DNA of 64,000 bases, from positions 64,001-128,000 of the IMG/VR virus record IMGVR_UViG_3300020048_000029; one strand, written 5' to 3'. This document shows, in pieces, positions 9,244 to 18,752 of the stretch. How positions within the stretch are numbered: position 1 is the first letter of the stretch; the number at the start of each line of letters is the position of its first letter. This stretch comes from a virus. The notes under the pieces are model-generated. The model worked only from the letters and a program-made list of their open reading frames with translations, ran no database searches and was not told the origin of the DNA. The position numbers and the translations under genes were made by a program.

Positions 9244-10236
9244 ATGGTTCCGTTCAAACGTTTTATTATAGCCCATCTTTTTAGAGGTGATAGCGCACAG
9301 CAAGTTGTTGTGCGGTTAAACACGCTCGGCTACAGGGTTGTAGAAAGCGAAGTGATATCAATCTTTAGAGATGTGAAAGAACTCCTTCCAGAATCGATCA
9401 TGGACTATGTAAAGCTAGATAAGCCTGTACCTTGTGAAGCAGGGTCTGCATGGTTCAAGCATTATGACATTCTTGATTACATGGAATTTCTTGAGCTCGG
9501 AAGCCATGCTGACAGGTTCAACTCAATACTATGGCCTCACACATATAGTGAGGTTGCAGTCATAATAAACACACTTCTTTACAACAATGAAGATCACAAA
9601 GTTATATCAAGCGTTCTTGACTACAAGTACCATCACAATATGAGTCAAATTGCAATTGAGTGGTACAAGAAAATATTCTGGGAGACATACGGAATCCAGG
9701 CTCAGGAGATTCTCAAGAGATTTAAGCCTTTCGAGAACAATACACTCGTGTTGTCTGAGGAGGGCCAGGAAGAGTCTGACGACAGATCGAGCATGGCAAT
9801 AATCTTCAGAGACAACGAGTACATAAAGTGGAAGGTTGGCTACAATGTGAAGCCTCCAAAAGCTCGTGACTTCATGGACAAAGTGAAGGCTGATGCGTCG
9901 TTCATGTACGAGGAAGCCAAGACTATTGTTCAAAGCGTGAGCCGATCAATATCTCGAGGAACAGTCATAAACCCAGAGACCGGCGAGCCTATGGAGACAG
10001 AAGGGTTTAGTAAGTCATTCAAGAACCTTCGCTCTGCACAGATGTCAAACATGAAAGCCGCTGTCGATCTTTACATCAAAGCTGACCGCGCAATACCTGA
10101 AGAAAGCGACAGCTCAGAGGTCGATCGCTTCTTTGAAAGAATTGAGCAGATGAACTTAACATACGACGTTAACGAAAGAGACAAAGTTGTCTCTGGAGAA
10201 GACGCAAAAAATATTTTATCCGAACTTGTGAGGTAG
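9244..10236 (+). CDS. Hypothetical protein (possibly packaging-related)
   Basis: 330 aa, GGGAGG RBS, upstream of terminase cluster. Confidence 0.6.
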   Translation: MVPFKRFIIAHLFRGDSAQQVVVRLNTLGYRVVESEVISIFRDVKELLPESIMDYVKLDKPVPCEAGSAWFKHYDILDYMEFLELGSHADRFNSILWPHTYSEVAVIINTLLYNNEDHKVISSVLDYKYHHNMSQIAIEWYKKIFWETYGIQAQEILKRFKPFENNTLVLSEEGQEESDDRSSMAIIFRDNEYIKWKVGYNVKPPKARDFMDKVKADASFMYEEAKTIVQSVSRSISRGTVINPETGEPMETEGFSKSFKNLRSAQMSNMKAAVDLYIKADRAIPEESDSSEVDRFFERIEQMNLTYDVNERDKVVSGEDAKNILSELVR

Positions 10237-10240
10237 AAAA

Positions 10241-10489
10241 ATGTATCATTCGATTGCCCTTGAGAAAATCGCTTCAAGCGGATCAGCAATGCTTCTTGCA
10301 GCTGTAGAAAAAGACCACAGTCTTATATCAAGAGCTAAAAAAATGGCTTCAGCTTCTGTAATGCGAAGATTGAAGCAGGATGGCGCCGGTGACATGGTTA
10401 ACGCTGGGAAGCGATTGACTGACATAATGGACACAAGAAACTCCATCAACCGTCTTTCAGCAAACATTTTAAATGGAACTATTAAATAG
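10241..10489 (+). CDS. K-x-A leader protein
   Basis: MYHSIALEKIASS. Confidence 0.6.
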   Translation: MYHSIALEKIASSGSAMLLAAVEKDHSLISRAKKMASASVMRRLKQDGAGDMVNAGKRLTDIMDTRNSINRLSANILNGTIK

Positions 10490-10497
10490 GAGTTGTT

Positions 10498-11244
10498 ATG
10501 AATCAGTATTACGAGGCGGCGTACATTAACGCTCTTGAGAAAATTGCTGAAGATGGCGAAGGGTTCAACCCTATGCCACTTGTAGGAGTTGGTCTTGCTG
10601 GTGCAGGTGGATACGCCGCTTACAAGCACTTTAAACCAGGTGCTGCTGTACCAGTTGCTGAAGTTGCTAAAGCTGCACCTAGAATCTCAGGGAAAGCTGG
10701 AGCAATCGCTGCCGGAGTTACCGGAGTTGCAGGAATCGGAGCTATTGCTGCAAGAGCGATTATGAAGTCGAGAGCTGCATCTAAAGTAGCTACAAGAGGA
10801 ACTGCAAGACAGGACATCATGGCTACCGCAAGAAGCGGAGCGCAGGCTCCATCTGTTGTGAAGTCATTCGACGGAGCTGAACAGGTTAGAGCTGGCACAA
10901 GAGACAAGCTTGTGGCAATGGCTAAGGCAACACTTGACCAGCCTAGTGTAGTTACATCATTTGACAAAGCTCCAGTATCACAAAAGGCTGTTGAAATTGT
11001 AAAAGCAAGATCAAACGCAACTGCTCAAGCAACTGCTGCAAACAAGTCTGTCGATTACGCTAAGTACCTTCGCGGACTCCACGCTGATGGCGCTGTTGAG
11101 CCTGCAACTCTTAAGAGGTTTAGCGATGAAGCTATCGATAATGTTCGTGGATACAATGCAGCTCGAATTAGTTCTGCAAACGTAAAAGAAAGATTCCGTG
11201 GAGCGGACGCTGCACAGAGATTTGAAAATAAGATGGGAGCTTAA
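10498..11244 (+). CDS. Putative internal head protein, EKIA leader family
   Basis: MNQYYEAAYINALEKIA leader; two Gly/Ala-rich hydrophobic segments. Confidence 0.65.
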   Translation: MNQYYEAAYINALEKIAEDGEGFNPMPLVGVGLAGAGGYAAYKHFKPGAAVPVAEVAKAAPRISGKAGAIAAGVTGVAGIGAIAARAIMKSRAASKVATRGTARQDIMATARSGAQAPSVVKSFDGAEQVRAGTRDKLVAMAKATLDQPSVVTSFDKAPVSQKAVEIVKARSNATAQATAANKSVDYAKYLRGLHADGAVEPATLKRFSDEAIDNVRGYNAARISSANVKERFRGADAAQRFENKMGA

Positions 11245-11245
11245 A

Positions 11246-11647
11246 ATGAATCAGTATTACGAAGCTGCGTATATCAATACGCTTGAAAAAATTGCATCTG
11301 AAGGTGGAAACAACACCGCAGTAGGTCTTGGTCTTACAGGTCTTGGTCTTGCAGGCGCAGGTGCAGGAGCTTACGCTTACAATCGCAAGAAAGCCGCTAC
11401 AGTAGCACCTGAAATCGTTCAGGAAGTTGCTGAGGCTATCAAAGCGAACAAGATGGGTACCGCTGGTAAAGCCGGACTCGCTGCTGCTGGTCTTGCCGGC
11501 CTTGCAGGACTTGGGTATGCCGGAGTAAAATCAATGGGCGCAAAAGGGATGGCTGAAGCTGCTAAGATGGATGGGATTTCAAAAATCATCAAAAAAGTAG
11601 AATCTGACTTTATGTCGAAAACTCACTCGAACATTAAGCCGCATTAA
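11246..11647 (+). CDS. Putative internal head protein, EKIA leader family
   Basis: True start likely 11246: MNQYYEAAYINTLEKIAS; glycine-zipper segments. Confidence 0.65.
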   Translation: MNQYYEAAYINTLEKIASEGGNNTAVGLGLTGLGLAGAGAGAYAYNRKKAATVAPEIVQEVAEAIKANKMGTAGKAGLAAAGLAGLAGLGYAGVKSMGAKGMAEAAKMDGISKIIKKVESDFMSKTHSNIKPH

Positions 11648-11697
11648 TCAAAAACTCCCGTCAGAGTTTTCTGGCGGGAGATATATTCGGAGGAATA

Positions 11698-11919
11698 ATG
11701 AATCAGTTTTATGTTGCTGCATACGAAAGAACTATCGAAAAGATTGCTTCTGGAGAGATGACTAAAGAAGCCGGACTTCCTGAGATTACTGCAAAAGTAC
11801 TTGCAAGTGTAAGATCTCATGCGAACAAGGTTACAAGCCCAGCAAAAGAAAAGAGCCTTATTGAGATGATCGCAAGATCAGGAGATTTCATGGGGACTCT
11901 AGGTAAAAGAGGACACTAA
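11698..11919 (+). CDS. Putative internal head protein, EKIA leader family
   Basis: MNQFYVAAYERTIEKIASGEMTKEAG; GGAGG RBS. Confidence 0.6.
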   Translation: MNQFYVAAYERTIEKIASGEMTKEAGLPEITAKVLASVRSHANKVTSPAKEKSLIEMIARSGDFMGTLGKRGH

Positions 11920-13608
11920 GTGAAAATTACCCCGTTCGATGTAGCTCAGTTACTTTTCTATCTCGACGGGTCTCCTCTTGAAATGCCAAGAGAGAAGATG
12001 CGACACCTCGTACCTATTTATGACGCTCCGGACAATGAGATGCTTCTCATGTTCGGTCGTCAAACTCACAAATCAACTACAGTTGGTTTCAAGCTTGTAA
12101 CACCAGGCTTGATGATTCCAAGTTACAGATCTCTTTATGTTGCTCCAACGATGCAGCAAGTTTCTGTATTCTCAACAGACAAGCTTGACGGAACCCTTAG
12201 GGAATCTCCGATCATCAAGCAGATGTTCCTAAGCAATAAAATCGCAAGCCAAGTTTTCTACAAAGAGCTTCGTAACGGTTCGAAAATCTACCTTCGATCC
12301 GCTTATAGAAACGCTGACTCAATTCGAGGTATCTCAGCTGACCAAGTCTTCTTTGACGAGGTGCAAGATATTATGCGTGACAACATCCCTGTTATCCAGC
12401 AGTGTATGGGTCACTCAATGGAGCATGGAGAAGCTCTTCGTAGAAAATTCCCGAACATCCCGGTCTCGCTGTTCAGAAGAACTTTGTACGCCGGAACCCC
12501 GAAGACAATGGAGAACACTCTTACCGGACTGTGGAACAAGAGTTCGCAGAATGAGTTCGTTGTAAAGTGCGAGTATTGCAACAAGCATAACTACATCGAT
12601 GAACAGAATATTGGTGCAACCGGAGCAATCTGTAGAGTCTGCGGGAAACCTATTTGGTACCATAATGGCCAATGGGTTGCCACAAAATTCGACATGCCTA
12701 TCAATGGATTCAGACTTCCTCAAATCATTCTTCCTTGGATCAACAATCCAAAGAGACCCGATGCTTGGAAGGTGAACGTAATCAACACTCAGATGCTTTA
12801 TAGTGTCGAGAAGTATTACAACGAAATCCTCGCTCTTCCGTATGCTAATGCTCGCCATCCAATCAATGAAGAGCACATTGTATCATGCTGTGTTCCTGAC
12901 TTGACATGTGCAAGGGAAGATACTGGGCTGGCAAGTATTGGCATTAAGCCTGGAGCGGTAACTTGCGTTGCCGGAATCGACTGGGGTAAAGGAGATACTG
13001 CATCGGGAACATCTTACTCAGTGATATCAATAGGTGCATTCATCAATGGTAAATTCACCACGATATTCATGAAAAGATACACAGGTCGCCAAAACTCAGA
13101 GGCGCTGTACCAATTGCAAGATATGATCACTTTGATCAAAAGGTTCAATTGCAAGCTTGTCATTGCCGACACCGGTGACGGAAGAACATCGAACGCTCAC
13201 CTTGTTAAAGCTCTTGGTCCACAAAGGTTCACAGAGATCTACGAGAATGGAGTTCAGAAGACTTTGATCAAATGGTCAACTGATGGTAAATATGTGATCT
13301 CAAGAACTCAGATGATGACCAATCTTTTCATGGAGATCCAGCGCCAACAAGTGAGATTCTTCAGATTTGATGAGTTCAAAAACTTCATGCCTGACTTCAC
13401 AGGTATCTACACAGAGTACAGCGATCGCACTCGATTGACTATGTACGACCATAATATCCCTGACGATGCATTTCATGCCTATATGTACTCTCGTATCGCA
13501 TCAGGTATATTAAGAGGAGAATTTGACCGAATGCTCGGTGGTGGCGAACAGTCTAACGAGCCGGAAATCGACTTTGGTAATTACAATGTAAATGAGGGGT
13601 TCTTATGA
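11920..13608 (+). CDS. terL: Terminase large subunit (lambda gpA-like)
   Basis: Walker A-like GRQTHKST, Walker B VFFDEVQD, GTPKT motif, CxxC...CxxC, nuclease GIDWG and DDAFHA. Confidence 0.9.
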   Translation: MKITPFDVAQLLFYLDGSPLEMPREKMRHLVPIYDAPDNEMLLMFGRQTHKSTTVGFKLVTPGLMIPSYRSLYVAPTMQQVSVFSTDKLDGTLRESPIIKQMFLSNKIASQVFYKELRNGSKIYLRSAYRNADSIRGISADQVFFDEVQDIMRDNIPVIQQCMGHSMEHGEALRRKFPNIPVSLFRRTLYAGTPKTMENTLTGLWNKSSQNEFVVKCEYCNKHNYIDEQNIGATGAICRVCGKPIWYHNGQWVATKFDMPINGFRLPQIILPWINNPKRPDAWKVNVINTQMLYSVEKYYNEILALPYANARHPINEEHIVSCCVPDLTCAREDTGLASIGIKPGAVTCVAGIDWGKGDTASGTSYSVISIGAFINGKFTTIFMKRYTGRQNSEALYQLQDMITLIKRFNCKLVIADTGDGRTSNAHLVKALGPQRFTEIYENGVQKTLIKWSTDGKYVISRTQMMTNLFMEIQRQQVRFFRFDEFKNFMPDFTGIYTEYSDRTRLTMYDHNIPDDAFHAYMYSRIASGILRGEFDRMLGGGEQSNEPEIDFGNYNVNEGFL

Positions 13609-14582
13609 TGTTCATAAAAGAAGCTGCAAGCAAAATACAGAAAATGCTTTCCACACTATCTATTGAAGATGTGAACAGATGGGTAAGGTCAGGAGCCGAA
13701 GGAGGGGTTAGATCTAAGTCTACTCTCGCAATAGGACAATCAAAAGGGCTGCAAGAACTGTATCGCAAACGCGGTATAAAAGTGAACCACATAGAAGGCG
13801 GAGCATTAGGGTCTCACGCGGACGCCGGCGGGATTCATATCTCACCTTCGTCAAATAAAAAAGACAGGCTTTTGAAAAACCTTATAAAATTCCATGAGGT
13901 TGATGAATTTGCAGCTTTGTCAAAAGGAGTAGAAAAAAGCCCATTTGTGACAGCGAATCCCGGTTCGATAGATTATGCGATATCAGCAATGAAGTCAGAC
14001 AAGATTCAAACAAGAACAAGAGCGGTAAGAAATGCTTACTTTAATGCTAAGTTGACAGGTGCCTCTCAAGATGATTTAAAGAGAGCTGTCTCTAAAGCTA
14101 AGTCTGATTCGAAAAAATCAATGCACCATTTGCACAATGGTAGTGGGCAAGCTTTCCTTGGGAGTGCGTCAATGTCTCACCTGAGTACAAGAGTTCTTAC
14201 AAATGAAGCAAGGAACATCAACAATATCGGGATACATGCACAGTTTAATAAGTCTGGTCTTGGGAGGATGTTTAAGAAGTCAAGGATTGATGAGTACAGT
14301 GCGATCGGGATTGATCGACCTATAACGACAAGAGCAGAGTCGGTTGCAGCATCAAAGGTTAAGCCTTATGCAGAATACTCTGGTACGAAATTCTACGGGA
14401 ACACGTATGGCGGACAATTCGGCGGAAACGAGTTGAAGACATATATCGGAAGTTCAATACCAGCCAGAATGAGTCACAATAACATTGTGAGAAACACTGC
14501 GTTTTACAAAAAGATTGATTACCCAAATCTTAGTGCAATCATAGACAAACATTACAACAAGAGACTTGTTAAAGAGGTATAA
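13605..14582 (+). CDS. Hypothetical virion-associated protein with HExDE motif (paralog of 1376..2221)
   Basis: MFIKEAAS start; FHEVDE; SMSHLS. Confidence 0.55.
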   Translation: MMFIKEAASKIQKMLSTLSIEDVNRWVRSGAEGGVRSKSTLAIGQSKGLQELYRKRGIKVNHIEGGALGSHADAGGIHISPSSNKKDRLLKNLIKFHEVDEFAALSKGVEKSPFVTANPGSIDYAISAMKSDKIQTRTRAVRNAYFNAKLTGASQDDLKRAVSKAKSDSKKSMHHLHNGSGQAFLGSASMSHLSTRVLTNEARNINNIGIHAQFNKSGLGRMFKKSRIDEYSAIGIDRPITTRAESVAASKVKPYAEYSGTKFYGNTYGGQFGGNELKTYIGSSIPARMSHNNIVRNTAFYKKIDYPNLSAIIDKHYNKRLVKEV

Positions 14583-14583
14583 A

Positions 14584-15063
14584 ATGTCACTATTTGATAA
14601 CGAAAAAGAACCGCTTCCTAGCCCTGAAGATGCGCTTCAGTCAGCTATAAACGATGCAAAGTCAGAACACTTAAGTGGTGGAAGTAGAATTGCACAAAGA
14701 AATGCTCTTACAGCAAGAACAAAGGGGATTGTAAACGTGAATAAAAACACAGAGAAAATTGCGTATGATGAGACTGGGATCAGTCCTATTGTTATGGCCG
14801 GCGGAGCTGGGCTAGTTGGGGCTGGCGGAGTCGCAGCTTACTCTAATCACATGAAGCAAAAAGCTGCTAAAGCTGCTGCGGCTGCTGAGCTACTCAAGGT
14901 TACAAGAATCAGAAATGGTGCGATCGCTGGAGTTGCATTAGGCGGAACTGCTTTGACTGCAAATGCAATTAGAAATGCTGTCAGAAACAGAGGGCCTCTT
15001 AAAGGTGTTGCTCTCGATGCTTATAACAAAGCGGTTGTCGAGAACAGAATGTACCACATTTAA
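14584..15063 (+). CDS. K-x-A family protein with hydrophobic segments
   Basis: TEKIAYD followed by Gly/Ala-rich segments. Confidence 0.55.
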   Translation: MSLFDNEKEPLPSPEDALQSAINDAKSEHLSGGSRIAQRNALTARTKGIVNVNKNTEKIAYDETGISPIVMAGGAGLVGAGGVAAYSNHMKQKAAKAAAAAELLKVTRIRNGAIAGVALGGTALTANAIRNAVRNRGPLKGVALDAYNKAVVENRMYHI

Positions 15064-15092
15064 GATGAGCGGGATTTCTCCCGCCTTTATTT

Positions 15093-15458
15093 TTAGAGTC
15101 TTTGTCCGTTGAGATCAACCAGAGTGTTGCTACCGCAGGTTACCAGGTTCCCACCGCCGTGGCGAGATCCGCAGAACTCAAGAATAGACTTGATTTCATC
15201 TTCAAAAATGCTCTCGTACTCTTCTACGGAATGTTGGCCATCTCCAAGACTTGCTGCTCTGAACGCTGCTATCATTACATTTTTAGATTCTGTGTAAGCG
15301 TCGAACTCTAGGCCATCTTCTTTTTCACTATTACGCTTCATCGCAATAATAGTATCGACGACACCCATTCTGAAAATGTCTTTTACCATTTCTCTTTTAT
15401 CGCCTTCGTATCCTTTGATTGCTTTTTCAACCATTGTCTTTACTTCATCATAAATCAT
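15093..15458 (-). CDS. Hypothetical protein
   Basis: GGAGG RBS; convergent terminator at ~15066-15094. Confidence 0.55.
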   Translation of the reverse strand: MIYDEVKTMVEKAIKGYEGDKREMVKDIFRMGVVDTIIAMKRNSEKEDGLEFDAYTESKNVMIAAFRAASLGDGQHSVEEYESIFEDEIKSILEFCGSRHGGGNLVTCGSNTLVDLNGQRL

Positions 15459-15509
15459 GGAATCCTCCTATTGTTTGCAGTAATATATTTTAATGAAGGA
15501 GGATATACA

Positions 15510-16295
15510 ATGAAAGAGACTATTGATAAAATTGCCTATGCAGTATCGTCATTATTTATTAATGGCAAAATCAATCTCAATGACTCTATCAGGCTGAGTT
15601 TTCAGCAGGGTCTTATTGAGAATCAAGAGGTCCTTAAGAGAGTTTGCGAAGAGTCAAACAAGCAAGTTTACCTTGCTCTCTTTCATGGGTCCGAAGATAA
15701 AAGTAACATCAATTTCGACCTTGCGTCGCCGGAGAAAGTTATGTCAACACCAAATTCAACTTTGGACTACCAGAAGGCTCCGGCAAATTTCAACGCCAGT
15801 GTCGTACCGGTGGCTACCGAGATGTCAAAGGTTGCAAGCGATGACGAATATCGCGTTGCTGTTAGCGGGATGGCTGACCAAGCTCGTCGCTTTGCTTACT
15901 ACACAAACAGCGAAAAACTCGCAAGTTATCAGCGTGCTGAAAAGCTCATGGATAAAGTTGCTTCGCTTGCAGAATCTATGGCTATTGTAGACCACGACTC
16001 TGCATTCGATATCTGCAAAATCGCTTCAGATGTTTTCATGGAAGAGACCGGAAGTCCGGTGGTATCACTTGGAATCGTAAGCCATATCTCTGAGCATCTC
16101 GAGAAAAAAGCTTCTGAAGGTCACAAGATCGAAACAATGGCAACGAAGCTTGCAAGCTCATATCAGCTCAATGATAATGACCCGTTCGTAACTGGTCTTA
16201 GAAAACTTGCACAGGAAATTATATTGACAAGCGCATTTAATGACATTGAAGGCTCGTATAACCAGCTTTCAAAGGAAATCGCAAATGCCAAGTAA
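15510..16295 (+). CDS. Head-associated protein with many K-x-A motifs
   Basis: GAAGGAGG RBS; DKIAY, SKVAS, EKLAS, DKVAS, CKIAS, EKKAS, TKLAS. Confidence 0.65.
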   Translation: MKETIDKIAYAVSSLFINGKINLNDSIRLSFQQGLIENQEVLKRVCEESNKQVYLALFHGSEDKSNINFDLASPEKVMSTPNSTLDYQKAPANFNASVVPVATEMSKVASDDEYRVAVSGMADQARRFAYYTNSEKLASYQRAEKLMDKVASLAESMAIVDHDSAFDICKIASDVFMEETGSPVVSLGIVSHISEHLEKKASEGHKIETMATKLASSYQLNDNDPFVTGLRKLAQEIILTSAFNDIEGSYNQLSKEIANAK

Positions 16296-16992
16296 TTTCG
16301 ACAGAGCGTCCAAGATAGTTAGAGGGCTCGACGAGTCCTTTAACGGGTACGTTAGCAAGATCCGCGGAACTCCAGAAAAAGTGGTTGAAAAGGTCAAGCC
16401 TGTCAGGAATAAGTCGGTGGCAAAAGCTGTCGTTAAAGGCGCTGTTTCTGGAACTGCGGGAATGCTCGAATCTGGATCCGGTCTCCTTGGGGCTGGCGGA
16501 GAAATCTTGGGCCACATTGGCAATGGCGTAACTCAGATCGGTAGAGCTGTCAGAAGTGGCCTTGGCCCCGCTGGAAACACAGTCGGAGAAAAGGTCTGGG
16601 GAGCAACAGTTAAGACAGGTGTTGTCGGAGGAGCTATTGCAACAGGGTTAAGTCTTTCAGGTGGGATGAACAGCCTTGTTTCAAGGTACTACGTCTCTCC
16701 TACATATAGGAACCAGGTCAGAAACCAAGTCATAAAGAATGAGCGTCCATTTGAAACTCTTTCTGCCGAAGACAAAGCTATGCTTAACAAGACGGCTAGT
16801 CTAGGTTCTATGGTTGGCGGAGCTGTTGGCCCTGCCCTTACATTCGCATTTATCCCTGGTGATAAGAAGGCGATTGCAGGGAAGTTGTCGGCAACTAAGC
16901 TTACAAATGGCGGAAGACCTTTACCTTCCAATCTCAATCCGGCAGAGAAGATGAATAGTTTTACAAACAGCGGAAGCAACAACTTTTTTTAG
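16285..16992 (+). CDS. Gly-rich putative virion/ejection protein
   Basis: Glycine-rich hydrophobic stretches, NKTAS. Confidence 0.55.
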   Translation: MPSNFDRASKIVRGLDESFNGYVSKIRGTPEKVVEKVKPVRNKSVAKAVVKGAVSGTAGMLESGSGLLGAGGEILGHIGNGVTQIGRAVRSGLGPAGNTVGEKVWGATVKTGVVGGAIATGLSLSGGMNSLVSRYYVSPTYRNQVRNQVIKNERPFETLSAEDKAMLNKTASLGSMVGGAVGPALTFAFIPGDKKAIAGKLSATKLTNGGRPLPSNLNPAEKMNSFTNSGSNNFF

Positions 16993-17000
16993 GAGAATAT

Positions 17001-17696
17001 ATGAATTTCAACAGAGGTTTTGACAGGGCTAACGACGTCCTTGGAAATCTTATGACAAATCTAAAAGGTCATAGCGCGGCTTCTATAAAAGAAGCAATTG
17101 TCATTGGAAAAGGTCTTAATGATCTTGCTCCTGGCACATCCCTCAAAGATGGATTGTCTATGGCTCAGTCTGCGGCTGGAGCTCTCAACTCTGGAGCAGG
17201 TGCTCTTCAGACTCTTACAGGAACTTTGTTCGGGAAGAAAGTTCTCGACAACGGTATCGTAAATGCTATCAAAAACCGGAACGCTAAACCAAGCAAACTC
17301 CAGAGCATTATTGACGGCGTCAAGACTTACGCTCTCCCAGTTGCTGCACTTGGCGCAGGCGCAACGCTTCTTAGCGATGCTGCAAGCCCAGCAAAACAAG
17401 CTATGGTTGAGCTTGGCACGTATCATGGAATGATCAAGAAGTTCGGTCTTCCTGATGATGCTGAGACTCGGGACTACTTCAATGTGGTTAAGACATACTC
17501 ACCAATGGCTGCTCGCAACCCAATCGTTGCAGGCACAATGGTTAGCCGTATGAGAGAGTTCAACGGAATCGATCCAAACATGGTTACCGCGCTTGGAAAT
17601 ATCAAAGACAACTCTAAACCAACAATGTCAAGCACACTTGTAAACAGTGCTATCAGAGACGTTGTAGGAATTTCTTCAGGAGCTTACAATGGATAA
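17001..17696 (+). CDS. Putative virion protein
   Basis: AGGAG RBS, IKEA motif, hydrophobic segment. Confidence 0.55.
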   Translation: MNFNRGFDRANDVLGNLMTNLKGHSAASIKEAIVIGKGLNDLAPGTSLKDGLSMAQSAAGALNSGAGALQTLTGTLFGKKVLDNGIVNAIKNRNAKPSKLQSIIDGVKTYALPVAALGAGATLLSDAASPAKQAMVELGTYHGMIKKFGLPDDAETRDYFNVVKTYSPMAARNPIVAGTMVSRMREFNGIDPNMVTALGNIKDNSKPTMSSTLVNSAIRDVVGISSGAYNG

Positions 17697-17913
17697 GGTT
17701 GCGCAACCAGCAGCATTCATGGCTGCAAAAGCTGGATTGAAAAATGAATCAACTCTCAACAGAGCCATGGATATCTTGGCTCGCGCGAGAGATCGCCGTA
17801 TGCAGGCTGTACAGTTTACTAATACTCCTAAAGCGAACTACAGAGCTATTGCTGCTCAGCAAGCTTTGAGTAACATTTCTCACTATAAGTTAAACCAAAT
17901 TCTAGGACGGTAA
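17689..17913 (+). CDS. Small K-x-A protein
   Basis: MDKVAQ; overlaps upstream stop. Confidence 0.5.
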   Translation: MDKVAQPAAFMAAKAGLKNESTLNRAMDILARARDRRMQAVQFTNTPKANYRAIAAQQALSNISHYKLNQILGR

Positions 17914-17914
17914 A

Positions 17915-18727
17915 ATGTTACAGAAAATCGCAGAAGAAGCGTATATCAACACGCTTGAAAAAATCGCAGGACAAGAAGAAATGGGCATTCTTCCAGGAAT
18001 GTATGCACAAGCTGCTGGCCCTGGAGCCGGCGCTGGCCTTGGAGCATTAACTGGCGGAGCTCTCGGGGCTTCAGCAGGAGCAATCCTCGGAAGAATCGCT
18101 TCAATTGGAATGAAGAAGGCTCACGTCCCTTATGCTGCTGCAATCGGTGCAGGAGCTCTCGGACTTGCTGGATTGTCTGCCGGTGGTATCTATGGAGAGA
18201 TGAAAGGTACAAATGCTCTTATCGAGCATCGTACAGGGAAAACTCCTAAAAACACAATTGGAGCGTATGCTTCATACAAAGGCAACACCACCGGCTCTGC
18301 TCTTGGAACCGGAATTCTAGGAGGTCTTGGTGGAGCTGCCGGAGCTGCTGGCGCTGCTGGACTTGCAGGAGCTGGTATCATGGCTGCACTTAAACACAAA
18401 GACACTAAAGGTGCCGTAAAAGCATTAAAAGACATTGCCGAAGCTTACAGAGCAAGAGCTGGAGAAAAAGCTGGCATTCTTGAAAATGTCTTTACTCTTG
18501 GTCAGGCTAGTAAGATCAGAAATACTCAAGCAACAGGCGCTGAGTTTGCCAGTGAAGCTGCAAAGATTCTTGCGAAAAAAGAAATTAAAGATTCTGCGTT
18601 ACTAGGTCTCGCTTACGGGGCTGGTGGTGGAGCTGCTATCGGAGGAGGCCTCGGTCTTGCTGCTGGTGCAATCGCAGGTAATAATCGCGGACTTAACAGA
18701 ACTCTTCGCGAAGAAGCTGGCAAATAG
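17915..18727 (+). CDS. Glycine-zipper putative ejection/membrane-active protein, EKIA leader family
   Basis: MLQKIAEEAYINTLEKIAG; several GxxxG-rich segments. Confidence 0.65.
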   Translation: MLQKIAEEAYINTLEKIAGQEEMGILPGMYAQAAGPGAGAGLGALTGGALGASAGAILGRIASIGMKKAHVPYAAAIGAGALGLAGLSAGGIYGEMKGTNALIEHRTGKTPKNTIGAYASYKGNTTGSALGTGILGGLGGAAGAAGAAGLAGAGIMAALKHKDTKGAVKALKDIAEAYRARAGEKAGILENVFTLGQASKIRNTQATGAEFASEAAKILAKKEIKDSALLGLAYGAGGGAAIGGGLGLAAGAIAGNNRGLNRTLREEAGK

Positions 18728-18752
18728 TATTTTTTAGGGAATCAAGGAGATT

